Source of the DNA: an uncultured Oligoflexus sp.
GTDB lineage: Bacteria > Bdellovibrionota_B > Oligoflexia > Oligoflexales > Oligoflexaceae
Length of the DNA: 27,311 nucleotides
Assembly (NCBI GenBank): GCA_964236955.1
Contig: CAXSGP010000014.1
Location: forward strand, 12,489 to 39,799
Direction of reading: 5' to 3'
Shown: positions 9,008-16,985 of the stretch, piece after piece
How the letters are laid out: every line of letters begins with the position of its first letter
Position numbering within the stretch: the stretch's first letter is position 1
The notes under the pieces: generated by a model
Told to the model about the DNA's origin: nothing
Databases searched by the model: none
What the model saw: only the letters and a program-made list of their open reading frames with translations
Translations under genes and position numbers: made by a program

Positions 9008-9637
9008 CTAAAACGAAAGAGGCAGCAGCACAGCCCGAACTGGCGAGGCATCCGCACCCACCAGCCTCAAGGGTAAGGCCACAAGTTTATAAAGACCGGC
9101 AGGAACCCTATCGAGATCGACTCCTTCCAATACAGCAAGATCATTTCGATAAAGAGCCGCATGCGACGGCAGTTCTTTGGAATCAGCCGGGTCTACGGAA
9201 GGTGTATCGAGCCCAACCAGTCGCACGCCCTGTTCGGAAAGCCAGTCGATCAACTCGGGCGCAAGGGACGTAAAGACCATCTGAAATCTTTGATCATGAC
9301 GAAAGGAAAGGGTCTTGAATAAGACTCGTTTCGCCGTGACTGGAATATTTGCAAAATCCGCAGCGGCCAAGCGTCGGGGTCCCACATGGCTCACGTCGAT
9401 CACCTGACAATCGCCGATATAATAGCTCAGATCCCGCGCCTCTATAGAGGCTCCATCCCTATGGTAATGGCTGGGTGCATCCGTATGCGCACCGATATGA
9501 AGCGTGGTCTTAACCCACGACAAAGCGATAGTGTCGCCCTTTGCCATATCCATCGTAATCGCCCGTTCAAACTCCTGATCACCCGGAAATACCGGTGTTT
9601 GAGGCCCAACAGGCGGTGAGATATCAAAATATTCCAT
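9008..9637 (-). CDS. kynB: Cyclase-family metal hydrolase, kynurenine formamidase-like
   Basis: ATG at 9637 with a GGAGGAG RBS. Motifs FDISPPV, VFPGD, HIGAHTDAPSH (HxGxHxDAPxH metal motif), LVGLDTPSVDP, LEGVDL and LPLRLVGADASPVRAVL. The exact substrate cannot be verified. Confidence 0.85.
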   Translation of the reverse strand: MEYFDISPPVGPQTPVFPGDQEFERAITMDMAKGDTIALSWVKTTLHIGAHTDAPSHYHRDGASIEARDLSYYIGDCQVIDVSHVGPRRLAAADFANIPVTAKRVLFKTLSFRHDQRFQMVFTSLAPELIDWLSEQGVRLVGLDTPSVDPADSKELPSHAALYRNDLAVLEGVDLDRVPAGLYKLVALPLRLVGADASPVRAVLLPLSF

Positions 9638-9654
9638 AGCGCGCTCCTCCTGGC

Positions 9655-11109
9655 TCAAGGCCGGGCAATGACTTTGAATTCGACTGCGATGGGAGTCGGG
9701 AGGGCGCCCACTTCAATCGTTGTGCGGGTTGGCCGGATAGTTTGGAATGCTTCATTGTAAACTTCGTTGTAGCCCGGGAAATCGGCCTTCATATTGGTGA
9801 GAAAGACCTGTATGTCGATGATCCGATCGAGCGAGCTGCCAGCGTCCTCAAGGATGCGTTTGACGCTGGCGATCACGGCTCGGGTCTGCACCCGAATGTC
9901 ATAGTCGATCACCCGCCGCTCGGCGTCAAAGGTGATACCCGGAATCTCTTTGCTTCCCGCCTGCCTTGGGCCGATGCCCGACAGAAAGAGTAAATCGCCA
10001 TAACGTCTGGCATGAGGATAGGTGCCGACCGGCTCGGCACTGCCTTTGCTAACGATTTCATAATCGGCTGGGCGCAAGGGAGCTTCCGGTCTTTGCATAG
10101 GGACAGGCAGAATCCTTGCCAAGGGTTCAGGGCTTGGAGCTTCTTTGCCAGCGACAGAAATTTTGGCTTTTCGAGTCGGCGTCGCCAGGTAATCAAAATT
10201 GGTCAATGCCTCGACGAGTTCCGCCTGGCTGCCTTCTTCTGAACTGAGGTTTTCGTCCCGCTTTACCGCTTGAACCGGCTTGGTTGGCTCAAGGCCTACG
10301 AGAGCGGCCCCTGTGCCCCAAACCGGTTCATAGGCGAAGACTTTGCCATCAAAGTTATTGCTTTGTCCGAGCAGTCCGTTGAGCCACCATATTCCTTTGG
10401 ATTTTTGATCGCCGTTGGCCTGGCGGGCAAATTCCCGAACAGTCTGGGCCACGTCTTCCATATCGCCCGCACCGAGCATATCTAAAATCTTGCGGTTCCA
10501 TTCATCATCTTTTTTCGAGGATATAGTATCCTCTTTGGGGTCGATGGGATGGACATGAAAGCGATGGGAAAGACTGGACACCAGCACCGCAACGGCTTTT
10601 TTGCCTGAAGACTTGAGGGCTCTGGCCGCTGCCTGACCGATGCGGGTTGTCTCTTCCTTTTCACTGTACATATTGCAGGATACGATCGCGGCGGGGAGAC
10701 GATTGTCGGGATTAAGGAGTTTTTGGGCGACGATAGTTCCGGTATCGATAGGAAAACCTCGGTAATTGACCAGACGGGTTTTATAACCGAGCTGCTCGAC
10801 TTCGCCGGCATAAGTTCTGGCAAATTCGGTATCGATACTAAAGCGATAAGGAATAGATCCAAGCTCGTGCCACTCCTGATCGACATGAAGCCATTCCGGT
10901 GAAGGGTCCGCCTGAAATGTGTAGCCTAATATTGAAAGCCATTGGCTCGAAAAATAAAGGATAAGATCAGCTTCTTGACGCTCAATGTCCTGCCGAAGCA
11001 CCTTATAAGCGGCATGGAGCCGACCCCAGGCAGGCGACTTTTCTGGAGCGAGCAGGATATGCGGCAGGCCTGGAACGATATAGGCTTTTGAGATAAGTGA
11101 GTTCTCCAT
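9655..11109 (-). CDS. Fusion of 2-aminophenol 1,6-dioxygenase alpha subunit (AmnA-like) and RidA-family 2-aminomuconate deaminase (AmnD-like)
   Basis: ATG at 11109 overlaps the amnB stop (TAATG). The N-terminal approximately 275 aa are LigB-like (YIVPGLPH, YFSSQW, GFPIDTGTI, SSLSHR, YEPVWGTGAA). An approximately 75-aa linker follows, then a RidA domain (PVGTYPHARRYGDLLFLSGIGPR, FLTNMKADF, RPTRTTIEVGALPTPIAVEFK). Confidence 0.88.
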   Translation of the reverse strand: MENSLISKAYIVPGLPHILLAPEKSPAWGRLHAAYKVLRQDIERQEADLILYFSSQWLSILGYTFQADPSPEWLHVDQEWHELGSIPYRFSIDTEFARTYAGEVEQLGYKTRLVNYRGFPIDTGTIVAQKLLNPDNRLPAAIVSCNMYSEKEETTRIGQAAARALKSSGKKAVAVLVSSLSHRFHVHPIDPKEDTISSKKDDEWNRKILDMLGAGDMEDVAQTVREFARQANGDQKSKGIWWLNGLLGQSNNFDGKVFAYEPVWGTGAALVGLEPTKPVQAVKRDENLSSEEGSQAELVEALTNFDYLATPTRKAKISVAGKEAPSPEPLARILPVPMQRPEAPLRPADYEIVSKGSAEPVGTYPHARRYGDLLFLSGIGPRQAGSKEIPGITFDAERRVIDYDIRVQTRAVIASVKRILEDAGSSLDRIIDIQVFLTNMKADFPGYNEVYNEAFQTIRPTRTTIEVGALPTPIAVEFKVIARP

Positions 11110-12005
11110 TATTGGCTTCCCCTCTGACTGGCATTCCATTCCACCACAGCATTTCCGGTTCCGATCACAGTTCCATAGCCATGGATAATTGCAGGATAAT
11201 CGGGTACTTCCATGGCTTCGAGCATCCAGTTTAACGAGCCAACCTTCACTTCCGCGCTCGCCATTTCGATGAACTCTGGCATGATGTCGAGGAGTTCGCG
11301 GCATTGGCCCTGCTTCATCATATCGATCACTTTCATATCCCAAAGATATTGACCGTGATGATGAATGCGCTCAAAGCTCATGTCTTCCGGGATATCGGGT
11401 TCATGCACGAAATGCCTGTGGGAAAGGGACGAAGACGCCAGCAAGACCGCCCGCTTGCCGGATATTTCAATCGCCTCTCGGGTTGCATCGCCAAGGCTTT
11501 TGGCAACTTGAGCGCCCACCTCATTGGAGAAATAAAAGGCTGCCTGGTTCGACGAGATGAGAACGACGGGAATATCCCATTGCGGATTGATCAGGTGCAG
11601 AGCGATGATACTGCCATAATCAAGGCGAAAATTGGGGTTTTTGACAACTGTTGTGTGCATTCCCGCCTTCGCGCAGGCGTCGCGAATCTGCATGGAGAGA
11701 TCGACATCGACTGTGACCTCATAGGAATATCGAAAGAGATGCGGGAAAATCGGGTCTACCGATAACCCTTTGAAGTGCTGCAATCCAAGGAAATGATGGC
11801 CAACGACAGTTGGCCAGTGTGGGGAGTGAACCACCAGCACATCTGGTTTTAAAGCCTTGATATTGGCGCGGCAGCGTTCATAGGCCCAGCGCAAACCTTC
11901 CCATCCGCATTCCGAACGAGCCTGGTTCTGAGGTGGGTTCTCCCCATAGACGAGATGAGGGGGGTGAGGCGCAAGCACGCCCGCGATGATGAATCCTTTG
12001 GTCAT
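11109..12005 (-). CDS. amnB: 2-aminophenol 1,6-dioxygenase beta (catalytic) subunit
   Basis: The N-terminus IIAGVLAPHPPHLVYGENPPQN...GWEGLRWAYER...KPDVLVVHSPHW..VGHHFLG is characteristic of AmnB/CnbCb. Putative Fe ligands His14, His63 and the Glu in SAEVK. Also SLSHRHF and YGTVIGTGNAVVEW. Confidence 0.93.
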   Translation of the reverse strand: MTKGFIIAGVLAPHPPHLVYGENPPQNQARSECGWEGLRWAYERCRANIKALKPDVLVVHSPHWPTVVGHHFLGLQHFKGLSVDPIFPHLFRYSYEVTVDVDLSMQIRDACAKAGMHTTVVKNPNFRLDYGSIIALHLINPQWDIPVVLISSNQAAFYFSNEVGAQVAKSLGDATREAIEISGKRAVLLASSSLSHRHFVHEPDIPEDMSFERIHHHGQYLWDMKVIDMMKQGQCRELLDIMPEFIEMASAEVKVGSLNWMLEAMEVPDYPAIIHGYGTVIGTGNAVVEWNASQRGSQ

Positions 12006-12023
12006 AGAGTCCTCTTTGCACTC

Positions 12024-13481
12024 TCAATCTCTTGGCGTAGAGAGCTGCAGACAGATGTTTTTTTCTTCCGTATAAAAATCGAGCGAATAGTCTCCACCCT
12101 CACGCCCGACACCCGAATCCTTCACGCCACCGAACGGCGTGCGCAGATCGCGGAGCATCCAGCTATTGATCCAGACGAGTCCTGCTTCAATGTCGGCGGC
12201 AGCGTTATGCGCGGTATCGAGGCTTTTAGTCCAGACTGTGCAAGCCAGGCCGTAGCGGGTCGAGTTAGCCTTTACGATGGCGTCGTCGTAACCGCGGAAC
12301 GGAGTCAGGGTCACCACCGGGCCGAAAACCTCCTGCTGCATGATCTCTGCTTCCGTATCAGGCGCGATGAGGACAGTGGGAGGATAATAATAGCCTCCCG
12401 CAAGTTCCCCTTCCAATTGCATGGTTTCACCGCCAGCGAGAACCTTTAAACCCTGAGCTTTAGCCCTCGCGACAAAACCTATGACCTTCTCGCGATGCCC
12501 GGCGCTGACCAGCGGCCCCATAAACGATTCCGTCAGTCTTGGGTCGCCGACCTTTAGAGTTTTGACCCTGGCGATAAAAAGGCTTGTAAAGCGATCGAAG
12601 ATCGACTCCTCGATCAAAAGGCGCGAAGTGCAAAGACAGATTTCACCTTGGTTTGTAAAGGACGATCGAATCGTCGTTGCCACCGCGGCTTCCAGATCGC
12701 AGTCAGCAAAGATCACGGCTGGATTTTTACCGCCCAATTCCAAGCTCATTTTTTTAAAAAGGGGAGCGGCTCGGCGCCCGATCGCCTCGGCCGTTGCTGT
12801 GCCTCCGGTGAACGAGATCAAGGGGACTTTAGGATGTCCGACCAGAGCGTCGCCAGCCTGCGAGCCGCGTCCAAAAACAAAATTACAGACGCCTTTCGGA
12901 AGATCCGCTTCCTTGATAACGGCGGCGAGAAGCGAAGCCGTCAGCGAGGTGAGTTCGGAGGGTTTAGCGACAATGGTATTGCCCGTTGCCAGGGCCGGTG
13001 CGACCTTCCACGTCAGAAGATAAAGGGGCAAATTCCAGGGGGAAATGAGTCCGGCGACGCCTATGGGATCGCGCCGGGTATAATTAAGCACCTGCTCGCT
13101 GCTTCGAAAAGCCTTTTCCTGCTGATGAAGGATGGCCCCGGCAAAGAACCGAAAGTTTTCGATCGCGCGCGGGATATCCACCTGTCTGGCAAGATGAACG
13201 GGTTTGCCTTGATCGAGGCTTTCGGCGTTGGCGAAATCTTCGATCCGGGCTTCGATCCGATCGGCGATGCGATAGAGAAATGCCGCGCGTTCGGATCGAC
13301 TCAGTCTTTTCCATTTGGGGAAAGCTCGCGATGCGGCCGTGACCGCGGCATCGATATCCGCTGCGGTGGAATCGGCGATCATGCCGATGATCTGACCGTT
13401 GCGTGGGCCATAATTGTTGAGATAGGCCCCCTCGATCGGAGCTACCAAGCGACCGTCAATGAAATTCAGAATGGGATCCAT
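12024..13481 (-). CDS. amnC: 2-aminomuconic 6-semialdehyde dehydrogenase (ALDH8/HMSADH family)
   Basis: Motifs DIPRAIENFRFFA, LISPWNLPLYLLTWKVAPALA, SFTGGT, LELGGKNP, NQGEICLC (catalytic Cys), EVFGPV and RDLRTPFGGVKDSG. Adjacent to amnB. Confidence 0.9.
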   Translation of the reverse strand: MDPILNFIDGRLVAPIEGAYLNNYGPRNGQIIGMIADSTAADIDAAVTAASRAFPKWKRLSRSERAAFLYRIADRIEARIEDFANAESLDQGKPVHLARQVDIPRAIENFRFFAGAILHQQEKAFRSSEQVLNYTRRDPIGVAGLISPWNLPLYLLTWKVAPALATGNTIVAKPSELTSLTASLLAAVIKEADLPKGVCNFVFGRGSQAGDALVGHPKVPLISFTGGTATAEAIGRRAAPLFKKMSLELGGKNPAVIFADCDLEAAVATTIRSSFTNQGEICLCTSRLLIEESIFDRFTSLFIARVKTLKVGDPRLTESFMGPLVSAGHREKVIGFVARAKAQGLKVLAGGETMQLEGELAGGYYYPPTVLIAPDTEAEIMQQEVFGPVVTLTPFRGYDDAIVKANSTRYGLACTVWTKSLDTAHNAAADIEAGLVWINSWMLRDLRTPFGGVKDSGVGREGGDYSLDFYTEEKNICLQLSTPRD

Positions 13482-14511
13482 CTTGCCAGCCTTTCACATA
13501 AGTGTCGGGATCAAATTCCCAACGATCCTGATCAGGATCCCATTCGTCCCAGGCCTTGACGTCCTGCATCGCATGACGAAGGTCGGGAGGAATGATATCT
13601 TCGACGATGAAAGCCTTTTGCCGTTCGAGAGGATAGGGATTGCGCAAATCAAAGCCCAAAACGCCAAGCACCCATCTTGCCACGTACCATGTGCCGCGGG
13701 GATCCCAGCCATGAGCCATCTTAATGACGACGCCGAGACCATCGGGATAGTCGGGATGAAGAATGCTCAAGCCGAGTAGACCATCGGCACCTTCCTTGGC
13801 GATAACCCTTTGCCCGCAGGATTTAAGGATGGTGGAGTCGAGGCGATTAAAGCCGCCGATAAGATCGGGATTTTTTACCATCGCTTCCCAGATCCAGTCT
13901 TCATCTTTACGAACGGCCAGATCCGCGAACAGCGCCGCCAGTTCGTTTACAGTCATGGCGAGGGTAGGTAAACCGCAGCCGTCCTTGGCGACTATGCTGG
14001 AATGCAGATCGCTGCCGAGGATCTCTTTCACCTTCTCCACGTAGACCTGATGAAAGGGATGCTGCGGCAGGGTATAGCCGATACGCGGCCAGTGATTGAT
14101 GGCAGAGGCTCTTAGGATGGCCGCATGTTTTCCCGAGCAGGTATGATACCAGCGGCGCGGTCGCCTCAGCTGTTTGCCGAACTGCATTAGGGGCAGCGCC
14201 AGAGGCGTTTGCAAAAGCCCGTACTCGGAAGGTTTGAGGATATCTTTGATGGCTTCCAAATGAATAGGTTCGGCGTTGTGAGAGGCTATCGAAACGGCTT
14301 TGGATTCCCAGCTTAAATGGGCGTCAAGCTCTTTGGCGATCACCTTGATCTGCACCGGCTTCATCATCGAGCGGCCGTAGCAAAGCACGTTGCCGCCATA
14401 GGAATGATAGAGATTTTTGCCTTTAAACCATGCCACGGCACCATGCACCGTCACCTCGGGAACACCGTTGCGTCGGTAGTCGACCAGCGGAACCCAGCTA
14501 TTATCGATCAT
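13456..14511 (-). CDS. Rhizobium etli-type (class 3) asparaginase-like Ser/Lys hydrolase
   Basis: RS48MMK51P (SxxK), ASH, HTC125SGK128H, DGC179G (Zn ligands of this class) and KEGADG. Overlaps both neighbouring genes. Confidence 0.82.
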   Translation of the reverse strand: MIDNSWVPLVDYRRNGVPEVTVHGAVAWFKGKNLYHSYGGNVLCYGRSMMKPVQIKVIAKELDAHLSWESKAVSIASHNAEPIHLEAIKDILKPSEYGLLQTPLALPLMQFGKQLRRPRRWYHTCSGKHAAILRASAINHWPRIGYTLPQHPFHQVYVEKVKEILGSDLHSSIVAKDGCGLPTLAMTVNELAALFADLAVRKDEDWIWEAMVKNPDLIGGFNRLDSTILKSCGQRVIAKEGADGLLGLSILHPDYPDGLGVVIKMAHGWDPRGTWYVARWVLGVLGFDLRNPYPLERQKAFIVEDIIPPDLRHAMQDVKAWDEWDPDQDRWEFDPDTYVKGWQDGSHSEFH

Positions 14512-15745
14512 GTTGAGCCTTTTGAAGGATAGGTCGCGTTTTGTTCCAGAAGGCTTCCATACTGGATTTTACGGCCTTGTTATCATGATTGTTGAAATCA
14601 AACCAGAGCATCAGCCTATCATCGTCGTGGTATTTGTCCGCCAATTGCCTTGCGACATCTTCGGGATTGCCATAGACCGCGTTTTCCACGGCTTCCGAAA
14701 CCTTCTTCGGATCGAGAGTGCCTTCCATGGCCCGCCAGTAGTTTTCAAGGGCGCTGTGAGCGGCTTGTTTTGCCTTCTCGCGCTGACGCTCGGCCGAGAG
14801 CTGATCATCGCCATTGATAAAGATAAGCGAGGTTCTGGGCATATAGGAGCGATCCCACGGACCGCCGGCTTTGTGAAAATGCCTGCCCATACGCTCATGC
14901 GTGCTTTCGATCGTCGCCATCGGCGTGATGGAAAGGTTGAATACCCAAGTCGGCAGATACTCGTTGGCGAGGATCTGCACAGCCGGATCATGGGAACCGG
15001 CCACGAGCTGCAGGAGATCGAGTGGCGCTTCAAACGGTATGACGCCTACAGTCTCGAAGTCCCAGAACGGGGGGATCTCGATTCCAAGTTCATCCTCGGG
15101 AAAAGCCAGCGTCCGGTTCGCGGTCTGGACCTTTTGCCAATCCTTCGGATCACGAAACTGCGCAGGACTGAGGCGCAAGGGCTTCAGATCGGCCGAACTA
15201 AAGGTTTCATTGGTCAGGGCGCGCATGAAAATTTCGACAGCCTGTTGAAATAGGGTGCCTTTAAGCACATTCCAACCGAGAGCCTCGACTTCATTTCTTG
15301 GTCTGATACCATAGGGGCGATTGGAAAAGGGAAAACGACCTGCGGCAAAGCCGAGGAAGAGCTTTCGTGTTTCGCTCGTGTCCAGCGAATGAAGGGTCAG
15401 GAAAGTTTTGACAGCCTCAGCATGGGCGAGCGGTCCGCCGTTGCAAAGAATATTGCGGATCGCCGAACCGAGGTTGATGCGTCTGGTCATGCCGAAAGCC
15501 TTATGGGCCAGTTGCAGAATATCGGTATTAAGGCCTATTTCCCCCTTAAAATGGGGGATAACGGCATCGGCGTTTTGTTTTTGAATCTCACAGGAAAGGT
15601 GGGTTTCCGCAATCCATGCCGTTTCAAAACCCAAGGCGTCAGCGAGTTTGAGCTGATCAAAAAATTGCTCGAACATCACGCGCTCTGTCGGCATGTAGCC
15701 ATCGACTTCGGTTTGACAGATGGCAAAGAACAGGTCGAACTTCAT
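14501..15745 (-). CDS. Luciferase-like (LLM class) flavin-dependent monooxygenase
   Basis: MKFDLFF start, QLKLADALGFETAWIAETH, TRRINLGSAI, LGFAAG and C-terminal VYGNPEDVARQL. ATGA overlap with the upstream SDR. Confidence 0.85.
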   Translation of the reverse strand: MKFDLFFAICQTEVDGYMPTERVMFEQFFDQLKLADALGFETAWIAETHLSCEIQKQNADAVIPHFKGEIGLNTDILQLAHKAFGMTRRINLGSAIRNILCNGGPLAHAEAVKTFLTLHSLDTSETRKLFLGFAAGRFPFSNRPYGIRPRNEVEALGWNVLKGTLFQQAVEIFMRALTNETFSSADLKPLRLSPAQFRDPKDWQKVQTANRTLAFPEDELGIEIPPFWDFETVGVIPFEAPLDLLQLVAGSHDPAVQILANEYLPTWVFNLSITPMATIESTHERMGRHFHKAGGPWDRSYMPRTSLIFINGDDQLSAERQREKAKQAAHSALENYWRAMEGTLDPKKVSEAVENAVYGNPEDVARQLADKYHDDDRLMLWFDFNNHDNKAVKSSMEAFWNKTRPILQKAQHDR

Positions 15746-16524
15746 AGACAGCCCGTCCTTCCACCATCGACCGGCAGATTGATGCCATTGATGTAGGAGG
15801 CGAACGGCGAAGCGAGGAAAGCACAGGCATAGGCGGTTTCCTGAGCCTCCGCAAACCGTTTCAAAGGTATGTCTTTCAAAAAGGATTCTTCAATCTCATC
15901 CCGATTGTTCCCTGTCTTCGCCTGATTGTTGGTGATGATCTGCTCGAGCCTTTGGGTCTTGGTATATCCGGGTAAGATGTTGTTGACGGTGATTCCGTAG
16001 GGGCCCAGTTCATTGGCAAAGGTCTTTGCGGCATTGGCGGTGGCGGCACGGACAATATTGGATACGCCTAAGTTTGGCAGTGGGATTTTGACTGAAGTCG
16101 AAATGATATTGATGATGCGGCCATACTTTTGCTTTTTCATATGCGGACTGCAGGCCTGAACCAAGGCAAGGTTCGATAAGACGTGTTGAGTGAATGCTGC
16201 TTCCAAGGCGCTGGCCTCAGCATCGACGAGGGGTCCGGGAGCCGGGCCTCCACTATTGCAGACCAAAATGTCGACGTCGAAGGCAAGAGTGGGGAGAATG
16301 CCGCTTAGCTGGCGCATATCGCCCAGATCGCAGCGCACGGCCTTGTGACCGGAGCCATGTTTGGCAAGGATAGTGAGCGTTTTTCCAAGGGACTCCGCAT
16401 TGCGTGCGAGTATAGTGATACGGGCGCCTGCTTTGGCCAGCTCGATGGCGCACGCTTGCCCTATTCCCTGGGATGCGCCGCAAACCAGTGCGTGTTTCCC
16501 TGCCAAAGCATCTTGTATAAGCAT
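15742..16524 (-). CDS. Short-chain dehydrogenase/reductase with an atypical active site
   Basis: The likely ATG is at 16524. Motifs LVCGASQGIG, DILVCNSGGPAPG, GRIINIIS, SNIVR in place of YxxxK, GITVNNILPGYT and YINGINLPVDGG. Confidence 0.88.
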   Translation of the reverse strand: MLIQDALAGKHALVCGASQGIGQACAIELAKAGARITILARNAESLGKTLTILAKHGSGHKAVRCDLGDMRQLSGILPTLAFDVDILVCNSGGPAPGPLVDAEASALEAAFTQHVLSNLALVQACSPHMKKQKYGRIINIISTSVKIPLPNLGVSNIVRAATANAAKTFANELGPYGITVNNILPGYTKTQRLEQIITNNQAKTGNNRDEIEESFLKDIPLKRFAEAQETAYACAFLASPFASYINGINLPVDGGRTGCL

Positions 16525-16985
16525 GACCGTCTTGCCCCTTCCCCTTAATTTTGCCTTTCTTATACAGCCAGGACCAAAGACTTGCAATCACGCTCTGACT
16601 CGGCAAATTCCCGGCTAAAATCCTTGCCGACTGCTCCGACCGCCAGGCTGGGAGAGGGTAATTCGCGGTTGCTTCATCAATCAGGGTTTTAAGCAATCGC
16701 TTTTCATCAGTCTCTCAATCAGGCAGCTCTTATAGAAGGGGCTTGAGAAAATTTACGAATTTTTTCCGCGAGGACAACTATTCCCACCAATCCCTAGCCT
16801 CTCCAAGCGATTCAAAAAAAACCCATTTTTGTTAAAATAGCCAAATGCTAAGATCCCACTGACAGGTTGACCTTAACCTTTAAGAAGTTTATTTCCAGAA
16901 TAGGTCCCCTTTTTTTATCGAAGACGGTTACAGGAATTCTGGCAACAAGCCCGAGGTGGACGGTTCACCTTTTGTAGGAAGCAAT

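Noticed and set aside
11110..11343. 78-aa N-terminal extension of the 562-aa ORF in the track
   Set aside because: It overlaps amnB out of frame. Homology begins at MENSLIS (ATG 11109), which is coupled to the amnB stop.
12648..13559. 303-aa plus-strand ORF (and others such as 14510..15253, 1240..1824 and 23691..24239)
   Set aside because: These are antisense shadows of well-supported genes, with no recognisable motifs; such ORFs are expected from codon bias.
16915..16975. SAM-I riboswitch-like words (TTATC..., GGCAAC)
   Set aside because: The P2 kink-turn/pseudoknot core and the closing P1 strand are missing.
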